Assembly (NCBI GenBank): GCA_964016885.1
Contig: OZ024740.1
Location: forward strand, 362,638,001-362,702,000
Direction: 5' to 3'
DNA: 64,000 nucleotides
Origin: Eledone cirrhosa
Lineage: Eukaryota
The notes under the pieces are model-generated. The model did no database searches, was not told the DNA's origin, and saw only the letters and a program-made list of their open reading frames with translations. The position numbers were made by a program, and so were the translations under genes. Shown in pieces: positions 36,216 through 46,164 of the stretch (position 1 is its first letter; every line of letters starts with the position of its first letter).

Positions 36216-38312
36216 TTACCGTACTTTTGGTAGAGGAGGGATGGTTTTTACATCCCTTTTCACTTGATCGTCTGGTGAAGGGACCGTTGAATCGTCCCTT
36301 CGGCTGGTCGTCGGCTCTTCTAAGAGAATGTCTGAATATACTCTTCGATTGATGGTTCCTCCTAGGTCCCTGAAATCACCAACTGCGTTGGGGAATTTCG
36401 TTTTAATGTTTGTGTATTGTTTCTGTGCTATTTTTAGCAGTCTTATGTTAGTTGGCGTTTTGATTGGTGCTGGTATTATGTAGTCTTGTTGTGAAATGTC
36501 TGTGTGTTCAATTATGTAAGTCATTAGTTTCTTGTTGTGTGTGTTTATTGCCGTGCATTTGTTTTTCTGGGGGTGGGGTGTGGTTCTGCTATTTTCTTGT
36601 TGTTGTTGCTGGGTGTGTGTGTTTTGTTGTTGTGTTTGCGATGTTGGTGCTTGTGGTGGTGGTGTTGAAGGTGTTGTTGGCGGTGGGGTTGTCGCCGGTG
36701 GTGATGGTGGTGCTGGTGTGGGTGGTGATGGTGTTGGTGGTGTTGCTGCTGTGGGTCTCTTTGCAGTAGACTTTACTCTTTTCTCATTTCTTTCCTCCCT
36801 TTTCAAAGGCGACGATGCGCTGCTTCTGCGTTTGTGCCTTCTTGCGACCTTTTGCCATCCCTCTCCCACCTCACACTCCATGTCTGATTCTGTAAGGTCG
36901 GGGAGGGGTACCAGCTCCACTCTTTCACTTGTTGTTGTTGGTGATGTTTGCACTGGAGTCTCTGTTGCAGCTGCATTTGGTATTGCTGTTGTTGTTGTTA
37001 ATATTTCCACTGCTGCTGCTGTCTTTGAATTCCGTGGAGTGGGTATGGGTGCCACGGACCTATCGTTCCTGGTTGCCGCTTGTCCTGTTGCTGGTAGCCG
37101 TGGAGCCGGATTCGGAAGGAGGGGGGTTTTCTCCTTTCTCAGGGTCTGCTCGTTGCAGAAGGCCCTGAGGTGAGTCTTCGATCCACAGCGAAAGCATTTC
37201 GGGCGTTTGCCCTCAACACTTATGGGCAGTTGAGTGCCGTTATCGAAGTCTATCACATCCGGGATAGCTTCGATGCACTCCTGGTTGGTTTGGATTAGCA
37301 TCTCAATGGAGGAGCCGACCCAATCTTCTCTTACTTTTTTCTGTACTTGCAGTACAGTTGTTTTGTCCTCGATTCCGACGAGGACAGACGCGGCCAGCCA
37401 AGAAGGGGTCATTCCGGGGGGGACGTGGGTCAGTTTGACCCTCACAATTTTTTGCCCGCAGTAGGAGGGCACCAACACCATTTCCTCGCTCCTTAGGGTC
37501 ACTACTGATTGGGCCTTTGCCTCCTGGGGTGTGGCAAAAAGTACGTCTACGGTGGCGTATTTTTTGCCTCGGGTGATGTGCGTTTTCCGCTGCCACACAG
37601 ACCCCAAGGCTTTTTGTATTTGGGCCTCTGTGGCTCTTTCCACCCTACGGGATTTTGTACTTACTGTACGGTACGTGACCGTACAGTGCTGTTGGGTTTC
37701 GAAAAAATGTTCTGCTGCCTTGCAGATTGCTCGGTGTCCGTTCTTTGTCACCATCTTCTTCGCTTCCTCTAATTCCTCATTTGTTATGAGGATTGTTTCC
37801 AAGTTTTTCGCAATACCTGCAAATGAGATTGGTTTTTCTCTGCTGTTGTTGTTGTCGTCAGAGCTGCTGGTACTTTTGTTGTTGCTGCAGGTACTACGAC
37901 TACTGCCTCCGCCGCTGTTGCTGTGGTTGTTGTTGGTGTTGCTGCTGCTAATGCTGTTGTTGTTTATGCTGCTGGTGATGCTGTTGCGGCTGCTACTGTT
38001 GTTTTCATTGTCACTGTTGCTGTTGTTATTACGGCTGCTACTGCTATTATTCCTGACGTCAGACGAATGAACTGGGTTTTCGTATTTCCCGCACACCTGT
38101 TTCGTCGCTGTCGTCGTCGTCGTGGAGAAACCTTGCACGCTTTGCACGAGACTTTTCTTTTCTTTCGTCACTTGCGAAAGAGAAGGGAGGGAGAGAGACA
38201 CATTTAAAGAAGGGAGGGAGAGAGACAATCTTCTCTCTGCTGTAGTGATGATTGAGGAAGAAGAAGACGGAATGAGTGGGAGTGACGTATGAAATTTCTT
38301 TTTCGTAGCCAT
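36216..38312 (-). CDS. LINE ORF1 (gag-like RNA-binding protein, about 698 aa from MATKKK)
   Basis: Uninterrupted ORF with a CCHC knuckle CFRCGSKTHLRAFC, an RRM-like central region and N/S-, P/T- and Q-rich tracts. ATG context AACAACATGG; the older copy has AAACATGG at the equivalent position. Confidence 0.9.
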   Translation of the reverse strand: MATKKKFHTSLPLIPSSSSSIITTAERRLSLSLPSLNVSLSLPSLSQVTKEKKSLVQSVQGFSTTTTTATKQVCGKYENPVHSSDVRNNSSSSRNNNSNSDNENNSSSRNSITSSINNNSISSSNTNNNHSNSGGGSSRSTCSNNKSTSSSDDNNNSREKPISFAGIAKNLETILITNEELEEAKKMVTKNGHRAICKAAEHFFETQQHCTVTYRTVSTKSRRVERATEAQIQKALGSVWQRKTHITRGKKYATVDVLFATPQEAKAQSVVTLRSEEMVLVPSYCGQKIVRVKLTHVPPGMTPSWLAASVLVGIEDKTTVLQVQKKVREDWVGSSIEMLIQTNQECIEAIPDVIDFDNGTQLPISVEGKRPKCFRCGSKTHLRAFCNEQTLRKEKTPLLPNPAPRLPATGQAATRNDRSVAPIPTPRNSKTAAAVEILTTTTAIPNAAATETPVQTSPTTTSERVELVPLPDLTESDMECEVGEGWQKVARRHKRRSSASSPLKREERNEKRVKSTAKRPTAATPPTPSPPTPAPPSPPATTPPPTTPSTPPPQAPTSQTQQQNTHTQQQQQENSRTTPHPQKNKCTAINTHNKKLMTYIIEHTDISQQDYIIPAPIKTPTNIRLLKIAQKQYTNIKTKFPNAVGDFRDLGGTINRRVYSDILLEEPTTSRRDDSTVPSPDDQVKRDVKTIPPLPKVR

Positions 38313-38552
38313 GTTGTTTTTTTGTTTAAAATGAAATTTTGGGTACAAAACCCCAATAACTGGTTATTTAACCCCGAAGGGCCAAATAACGGACAGAAAG
38401 ACCCCTCTCACGAGGAGGAGGGTGTCTTTATCAACAATTTGGTTCAAGTTTTAAACAATTTACAATTGTTTTAACGGTTAAAAATTACTATACCTTACAG
38501 AGCCGAGCCTCCGTCAACCATGGCATTCAATAATAATAATAATAATAATAAT

Positions 38553-38762
38553 GATGATTTCTGATTTAGGCACAAGGCCATGAGGGGGAAAGTTGATTAA
38601 ATTGACTCTAGTGTATTACTGCTTGCTTTATTTTATTGACCTCATAAGGATGAAAGGGAAAGCTAACTCCGGCAGGATTTGAACTCAGGACATAAAGGGC
38701 CTTAACTATATGTGGCAAAGCATATTGTCTGATGCTCTACTGATACTGCCAATCTGCTGCCC
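38553..38762 (-). mobile_element. SINE family A copy between the RTE tail and the 5' end of the intact LINE
   Basis: Same head, body and tail as 44432-44614, with (AAT)n on both sides. Confidence 0.85.
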
Positions 38763-38781
38763 TAATAATAATAATAATAAT

Positions 38782-39540
38782 CATCATCATCATCACCGTT
38801 TTACGTCCGTTCTTCCATGCTAGCATGGGTTAGACGGGTTGTCCTGTTGTGAGCAGTGTCTGGTCGGCTGACCATGCCTTGCTCATACAGGAACTGATTT
38901 TGGCTTGGTTTCTACAGCTGGATGCCCTTCCTAACACCAACCTCATTTACAGTGAGTGCTGGGTGCTTTTTTCCGTAGCACCTACACGTCCACTTTACAG
39001 TGTGAGCTGGGTGCTTTTTTGCCGTGGCACCTCCACGACCACCTTGCAGTGGGAGGGTGTGGGGGCATATTGTCTATATGCTTCAGCTTGTACCCATGGG
39101 AGGTCAGGTACTCTGTATTACTGCGTGACGCCAGAGGTCACGGTCGTGTGTCATCGCCTTTGAGAGGTGCAACTGGGTAAGGTCGGCCCCTATCACCTCA
39201 TCCCAGGTCTTCTTGGGTCTCCCAACTCCACGGCTTCCATTGACTTCTAGTGCTCTGCACCTTTTTATGCAGCTGTCATCCTTCATACGCATCACATGTC
39301 CATACCAACGCATCCGCCTCTCCTGCACACAGCATTTGATTCCTCTGATGCTCAGTCTCTCTCTCAATTCATTTATGCTTTGCCGTTCGCGTATATTACT
39401 ATTGCTCATCCATCGGAGCATGCAGGCTTCGTTTCTTTCTAATCTACGTAAGTCTTCCACCTTCAGCGCCCAGGTCTCACTACCATCTAACATTGCTGTT
39501 CGGATACACGCATCATACAGTCTGCCTTTCATTTTGAGGG
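38782..39540 (-). mobile_element. RTE-clade LINE 3' fragment, young copy
   Basis: ORF 39104-39532 MKGRLYDACIRTAMLDGSETW...GRPKKTW, very similar to 3960-4710, with a (GAT)n tail. Confidence 0.9.
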
Positions 39541-39799
39541 ATCCAAGATCTAATTATGTAACATATAATATCCATAAAACCATAGAGTCACCAACATGTA
39601 GACATTATATGGAATAAAAAGGGAAACTATTAGCTTCATTGCAAGTGAATACAGTAAACTACGTAGCACAAACAGAAGCATGATACCATTGCTAAGATCA
39701 TTTGCTGGATGTTATGAGAGAAAAATAAGCTGAACAGAACAAGGGAAACTATTTTGTGCCTTAAAAATCCAATATGAATAACTGTTAGTAGGTTTAGAC

Positions 39800-42700
39800 A
39801 GCACAGACGAAAGACAAAGCACCAGTATATGATAGTGCTCATACTTAAATATGGAATGTTACGCGATGGGGCCCCGCCACACAGGCTGGAGCAGGCGTTT
39901 CCCCAGAGGACGGCAAGGGAGATGCGCTGGAAGAGCCATTCATACTCACAAAGCTCACACCTGCGGCTGGCCAGCTCAGCACCTATGGTGGTGAGTAGGG
40001 AGGTAGCCCTAGGACCAAGGACACCAGAAGTCTCCACTGCCAGGGGTACAACCGCAAACCTGTCGGACAGCGACCGGTATTTGAGGAGTTTGAACTCCTC
40101 AGCCCGACGTGCAGCAGAACCCAGGTTAATCGCAGACTGCACCAGGTTGCGGCTGCAGAAAGTGTCGGTGCAAGTGGCATCCCACACGAGGGGTTTGCCA
40201 CCGCAGAACGGGAAGATGGTCATGCCATCTGGCCTTTTCCCCTCGGTCCAGCCCCACCGGCTCGAGTTGAAAGAGGAAGCCTGCAGCGTCCAAGCTATGC
40301 TTTATGACCTCGTTGAGGGCAGCATGGCGTGGAAGGCAGCCGGCACTGTGGCGACAGGAAAGCGGGTGGAGGCTGAAAGTGTCCACGGTGGATCCGCAGC
40401 AACAATGGTGTGGCTGGCAGATCCGGAGGCCGAGCCTCAGGGAAACGCTGATGCGCAGGCTATTGTTGTCTAGCTGCGTGCCAGTGGAGAAGGAGGGCAG
40501 GGCATGGAGCCAGGCACCACTGTGGGGTTTGGAGGCCGTATGAAAGGAGGCAAGGCGGTGCTGGTCGAGCTGGCGCGTGGGCCTGTCAGAGGCCAGGCTG
40601 CACTGGATGGCATCCCAGGTGCTTTGGGGGAACTTGACGTCAACAGGGGCAGAAGTCTACTGGGCTAAGTCCCAGCCAGTCCCACATCTCACAGGTGGCC
40701 TCACGTTCTCTGAACACAGAGGGTTCTATTGTGTTTTGAAGAACCCTGCTGACGAGGATGCGGCATGAGGTTACTGATGAAAGAAATGCCAGCGAGACCG
40801 GGGACCGGAGGCCAAGGGTGCCATACCTGACAGGTAAAGTGGTCTGTTGCCATCCAATGTCGTCAAACCTGACGTTGCATATCTCCTCGGCTGCCACTCA
40901 GATACAAATATCGAGGTCAGCGAGGAGAGATGTGTGGTTGTAGCACGGAGCGCTGCGAAGGGTATAGAGGAGCTTCGGCATGGCGAAGCAGTTCCTCAAC
41001 AGGAAGAGAGCTGGGTGGCCATCGATCAAGCCCAGTTGGCTCGTGAGGGTCTGGAGTTGTTGAAATATGACCTGATGGTGGAACAGATGGCCGGTGGGTG
41101 GATCGGTGACCCGAGGATGAGGACATCCTCTTTGGGGGTCACCTGTACCTGGTGGAGAATGGACCGCACGTCCAAGATGGAGGCTGCAAGGCTCTCAGCA
41201 TCATGGCTGACATTCACCACCTCCAACTTGGCCGAGTTGACCTTGAGGCCGATTCTCGCCAGGGCAGGAACCACCAATTGTAGGTCATGGCAGACAGTCT
41301 GTACGAGCCCGCCCAACGTTGCATCATCCAGATATCAAATGTTGAGAAGAGCCGTGATACTCTGGGTGATGTGGTCTATACCAAGGGCAAATAGGAGGGG
41401 TCCCAAAGGGTCGCTCTGTTGGACCCCAGTAGCCGAAGGAATGACCGTATCAGCAGCAAGGAGCATGCTCGGGGCTCCATACGACAGGTAGGCCAGTGGG
41501 TAGGCAGAGGGGGCTCGGCTGAGGCAGGCATCGAGCAGTTGGTCCTGGTGTAAACAGTTGAAGGCATTCCTCATGTCAAGCTTGACAATGAGGTGCCTGG
41601 AGTCCCTGGATGCTGGTTTCGGTGGGCAGCTGTTGAAGAATTGCCTGATTGCATGTGCTGCCCCCTCACAGCCACCGGACACGCCGACACCCAGTTGCAC
41701 CGGACTGAACTCCTCACCCAGTTCGGGTGTTATGGACCTGCAGAGCACCTTGGCAGCCCACCTCCAGAAGACATTGCCCACAGCGATGGGGCGTATGCCA
41801 GCCTCTTTCTTCCTGAGAGCGGTGAGGCTAGCCGAAAAAAAGAGGCCTCGGGCGTGAGGGTCCAGGGTGCCATGGATGAGCCTATTGGTGAGCACCACAA
41901 TTGCACTCAGAAGGTGGCGCCCGACCTCAGCAGAGAGTGGGGATAGCAACTCCTTGAGGTGGCCTGGTTGGAGACCATCAGCGCCTTCACTGCTGCTAGC
42001 TGGGAAGGACTTGATGGCAGACATGATGTCTGCGTCGGAAGCCACAAGGAGCAAGTTGGGTCAGGTGGGGGTATGGGTTAGAGATCAGCAGGTGGCTCAG
42101 GGTGCTTGAGTTGCAGGGCAGCCAGGACCTCCTCGGTGGGTTGGAGGACAGTGTCCTCTGAGGCAACTACTCTGACTGCGGCCGAGACATCACCCATGAT
42201 TAGTTTAGCATTTACACGGTCATGCAAATGCTTGGCGCTGGCCTCAGGGGTAGAGAATTGGGGTTACCCGAGGGTGGGGTGTGCGGCGTCCCCTGGCGCG
42301 CTTGCCCAAAGGACGAAACATTGGCCTTGACAGAGGCTGCTGTGGACCAGCCGCCCCAGTCAGCGCCAGAACTGGGGAGGCCGAGGGCGAGTGGGCGAAA
42401 TAAAAGAGTTGCTCCCAGTCGCTGGCTTGATTGGAGTCCAGGGTGCTCTCAAGCGAGGAAGCGAGGGCATCGGCAACCGACACCCGGGCCGCTCTCGGGA
42501 TCCTGAGTGGGATCTTCCGGAGCCGCCTGAGCCGAGCAATGTTGACCAGCAACGCCTGGGCGTTAGGCAAGCTCGCTGTCTCATTTAGTGGTGTGCCAGA
42601 TGGCCGTGGCTTGGCAGATGAGGGGAAGAGGCAGTTCTTACATCTCCACGCTGCGAGGGCACTGGAAGCTCGACGTGTCAAGTCAACACAGGTGGAAGCA

Positions 42701-43090
42701 GCCACACCACGAACAGTTCCGGCCCCTCTTCCGTCTGATAGTGGTGCTGCAAGTGCTGCTGGTGTCGGCTTGGAGGGATGGGGGATGGGGCGTGGGGTCG
42801 CGGACTGGGGCATCGAGCGGCATCAGGGGTGAGTGGCTGGCATGTGTGGGTAGAAGGGAAAGTCCTGGTAAGAGGGCCTCATAGCTCACCTACATCAGAT
42901 ATAGAGGCATCAGAAGACAAGAGAGAAAAGAAGGGGGTGTATGGAGGTGGACACACAAGAAGATAGAATGTTAGCAAATGAATGAGTGAATGGATGAATG
43001 TACAACCCCCCCCTCCCAAGGTGGGGGGAAGAGAGAAAACGGGACTGTTCCCAGTGGAAAGACCCAGAGTTCAGCACACAAACATGCGAG
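39800..43090 (-). mobile_element. CRE-clade non-LTR retrotransposon (RT + restriction-like endonuclease), near full length, decayed
   Basis: Fragments GIRPIAVGNVF, QLGVGVSGGCEGAAHAIR, KLDMRNAFN, GVQQSDPLGPLLF, a YLDD region, CCHC (CRHSAGCLPRHAALN) and an RLE (..PDG..GKPLVWDATC, PLAVETSG, LFQRIS..GN). Boundaries approximate. Confidence 0.88.
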
Positions 43091-44077
43091 CATGTTGGCA
43101 GTTTCTCATAGGACCTTGTGGCTGGGGTGAGTCATTCAATCCTGAAAACATGTGTTGTTAATGTCACTGATGCTGGAGTTGGCTTCCTTTTGTTACTGGT
43201 AGTGGTAGTGATTGCTGGTAAGATGTTGATATATAAACATATGTGTTGTTGTTGTTAATGTCACTGTTGTTGTCGTTGCTTTCCTCTTGTTAATGGTGGT
43301 GGAGATGAAACTGCTACCAGTTCGGGCTGCGAGGCAGTATGCTGAGGCTCGAGTGCCTTCTTTTACCGAAGATGCGGGGCCGATGTTATTATCCTGTTGC
43401 CCTCTTGACCGGAGATGCGGGTCAGTGGCTTTCGGCATCATTTGGCAGCACAACGGCAAATAAATATATTTTCTATTTTGTTTTTGTTTTTTTCTTTCTC
43501 TCTGTCTAATCCAATTCAAATTATTTGGCAGTGAACTGGTGGTCGGTTTTGTTTTGTTTTATGTTTCAGGTAGTAGATAGACAAAGCAGAGTTGATCAGT
43601 CAACCAGAAATATAACTACTGAACTAATGATAAATAGATAGAGAATTTTTAATGGCGCTAGCAGAATTAGAAGAGGAAAGAGATTGTACTGATGCATAGA
43701 GAGGGAGGGTTTTTATTTATCTAAATATCTTCCATTGTAATTTTATGTGTAGGAACATTTGTTTTGCTCCAAATTAGAAAGTTAGTTATATTACTAAATC
43801 CCACTAAATTCTTCATTATTTTCAAAATTATTTCAAAAGTATCTTTCATCATAAAAAAATTGTTTAACCCTTTAGCATTTACATTACTCTATATTTACTA
43901 TTGTATTTTCATGGTAAACACTTTATCTCACATAATATTGAATCTGTGAGATTTTGATGTTATTTATTTTGAGAACAATACCATAATGTAAGTATGAGCA
44001 GCCTGTTACAGCCAGTTTGAACAGAAAAAGGTGAGAATTCTGGTCAGATTAATGGAAATTATTTAGAAAGAGCTTAC

Positions 44078-44173
44078 CAGTAGGTACGTTCTTGATTGAT
44101 AAAAGCTGAGATTGGGTGAAAGGGTCATCAGAAACAGTAATTGGTTGTGACAATAAACTGTCACTTGGTTTTC
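44078..44173 (-). CDS. FAM221A: FAM221A coding exon 6
   Basis: ctacAG|GKPSDSLLSQPITVSDDPFTQSQLLSIKNVPT|GTAAGC; compare human VPSVEFLESPITAVDSPF. Phase 1 at both ends. Confidence 0.88.
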
Positions 44174-44431
44174 CTGTAGAAAATATGAAGAAGTTATTGA
44201 GGCAGATTATATATACTCTTAGTATATTTTCATACTAAGTCTATAAACTCAATGTACGCATATATTTACTCAGTCTCAGTTAAACTCTGTACTGTATATG
44301 AACAGATATAAATTTATCATATGCTTCAGTTGCTTAACACACAAATTAATATATTTTAGAATTGTCTTCTAATATAATCACTAGTAATATGCAAATTGTT
44401 ACCACCATTTCAGTGATATTATATTTATAAG

Positions 44432-44614
44432 TGGTGGATTGGCAGTATCGGTAAAGGGTCGGACGCCATGCTTTCCAGCATAGTTACTTCCCTTTACGAT
44501 CTGAGTTCAAATCCCGCCGAGGTTGACTTTGCCTTTCATCCTTACTGGGTCGATAAAATAAAGTACCAGTAATGCACTGGGTAATTTGCTGGCCTTGTGC
44601 CAAAAGTAGAAACA
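44432..44614 (+). mobile_element. tRNA-derived SINE, family A (ATT tail), with 14-bp TSD
   Basis: A-box-like TGGCAGTATCGG and B-box GAGTTCAAATCCC, body GCCTTTCATCCTTAC.GGGTCGATAAAATAAAGTACCAG. TSD ATTATATTTATAAG at 44418-44431 and 44615-44628. Confidence 0.88.
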
Positions 44615-45070
44615 ATTATATTTATAAGGCTTTCAGTTATATACATTGCAATTATTTCATATGGGACCCCAATAAAGGTAAAAAATCAATTAAGAATATG
44701 TATAAATCTTTTTAATTTGCAGGTAAGTAAATGTGATATGTTTACTTAATGTGTATATATATATGTTTACATATTAAACTCTGTATTGTGTATGTCATCA
44801 TCATCATTTAACGTCTATTTTCCACACTAGCATGGGTTAGACGGTTTTGTCCCATTTGAGGCAAGTTGTGTCGGGTGACCATGTCTTGCTCATATAGAAC
44901 TGTTTCTGGCTAGATTTTTACGGTTGGATGCCCTTTCTACTGCCAACCACATTTACAGTGTGTGCTGGCTGCTTTTTGTCATGACACCTATTTTTTTATA
45001 TATATATATGGGACAAACCCATCTAACACATGCTAGCATGGAAGATGGACGTTAAACGATGATGATGATG

Positions 45071-45105
<35 letters not shown>

Positions 45106-45232
45106 CATGGTGTGTTTATACACACACACATATATGTATATAAAAAACCCAATTGATGGATTTGATATGACTGAAGAAGCTTAAGAGATAAAGGAATACT
45201 AATAAAAAACAACAGAAGACACAAGTCCTTAC

Positions 45233-45445
45233 CAATTCCACTGTCATCTAATCTCATATAACCTTCAAGCAGTGAGGAGTAGCCTGTGATTCCACCCATA
45301 GCAGCATATAGAGTTGGTTTACCAATGGGATGACCACGTTTTTCCCTCTCTTTCTGTGTTTCCACTATAGTTTGGTGCATGTTTATTGGGTGGCCACAAC
45401 CACAAGTGGTCGAGTTTTGAAAACCAAAACACTTGTAACAAGAAA
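45233..45445 (-). CDS. FAM221A: FAM221A coding exon 5
   Basis: aactAG|VSCYKCFGFQNSTTCGCGHPINMHQTIVETQKEREKRGHPIGKPTLYAAMGGITGYSSLLEGYMRLDDSGI-G|GTAAGG. YAAMGGxTGxSSLxEGYMRLDDSGIG is characteristic of FAM221A. Confidence 0.96.
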
Positions 45446-45756
45446 CTAGTTTGTAGAAGATGGTTAAATATAAAAATAATTTCAATCAGCTTTAATGTGT
45501 GTGTGTTTGTGTGCATGTGGAGGTAGGTGGACAAGTGTGCAGTGTGTGTATGTGTGTGAACGTGCACATGCACATGTGTTTGTGCGTGTATTTGTACATG
45601 CATGCATGTGAACCTGCATATGTGTATGTGTATGTATGCAAGTATGTGTGAATGTGTGCACAAGCATGCATCTATGCATGTGAATGTGTATTTGTGTACA
45701 AGTATGCATCTGTGCATGTGTGTGTACATATAATGTGTGTATGTGTAATGTCTTAC

Positions 45757-45947
45757 CCTTCGAGCACTTGTATGGCTGGAGCGTTGAGTGATCTTCAACT
45801 AGATGTTTACAATGGCACCTGAGAAAATTACTGCCAGTATTGAAGACATAATGATAGAACTGACATTTACATGTTTTAACTTTGCATGGAAGTAGGATTG
45901 GTCTTCCTGTTGGTATTTTCTCAAAATCAGTTTTGTGCTGCTTATAT
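45757..45947 (-). CDS. FAM221A: FAM221A coding exon 4 (Cys/His-rich)
   Basis: cttccAG|YKQHKTDFEKIPTGRPILLPCKVKTCKCQFYHYVFNTGSNFLRCHCKHLVEDHSTLQPYKCSK|GTAAGA. 191 nt, phases 2 and 1. Confidence 0.95.
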
Positions 45948-46164
45948 CTGGAAGTAAGATTTTTTTAAATGGTGATTTCTTCAGCACCAGGCACAAACAA
46001 TAAAGTGAATTTAAACAGAAAGGGGTCCCTTCAGTCTTGACTGGTCATGGGTTATATAGCTATGACTAGAGGTAGAATAAGGTTGCATGAGGCCTCTGGC
46101 TAAAAATTTCATCAGGGCCTTTGTGTACCATTTATGGTAGCAAATAAATTTAGTTAGATATCTA

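Larger units (their letters stand above)
32498..38528 (-). mobile_element. Full-length intact Tx1/L1-clade non-LTR retrotransposon
   Basis: About 215-nt 5'UTR, ORF1, 35-nt spacer, ORF2 and a 3'UTR with AATAAA (32504-32509). Flanked by (AAT)14 at 32456-32497 and (AAT)8 at 38529-38552. Visibly GC/CpG-rich compared with host DNA. Confidence 0.95.

Noticed and set aside
36464-38207. Long + strand ORFs (213, 179, 101 aa) antisense to ORF1
   Set aside because: They mirror low-complexity AAC/ACC/AGC codon tracts that lack stops on the other strand, and show no domain-like signal.
38485-38505. 5'UTR intron in the LINE (GTAAG donor-like motif near the 5' end of both copies)
   Set aside because: No convincing AG acceptor precedes the ORF1 ATG in either copy, so no intron can be called.
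27490-38528. LTR structure or tandem duplication/assembly artefact of one LINE
   Set aside because: The two copies differ substantially in UTRs and ORF1 and only one is decayed, so they are independent insertions of related subfamilies.
39829-42966. Multiple + strand ORFs of up to 214 aa over the CRE element
   Set aside because: Antisense shadows of GC-rich retrotransposon coding sequence; the motifs are all on the - strand.
45033-45798. ORF-track proteins of 150 and 159 aa as standalone genes
   Set aside because: The first is FAM221A exon 5 read into its introns. The second is a (CA/TG)-rich microsatellite giving His/Thr repeats.
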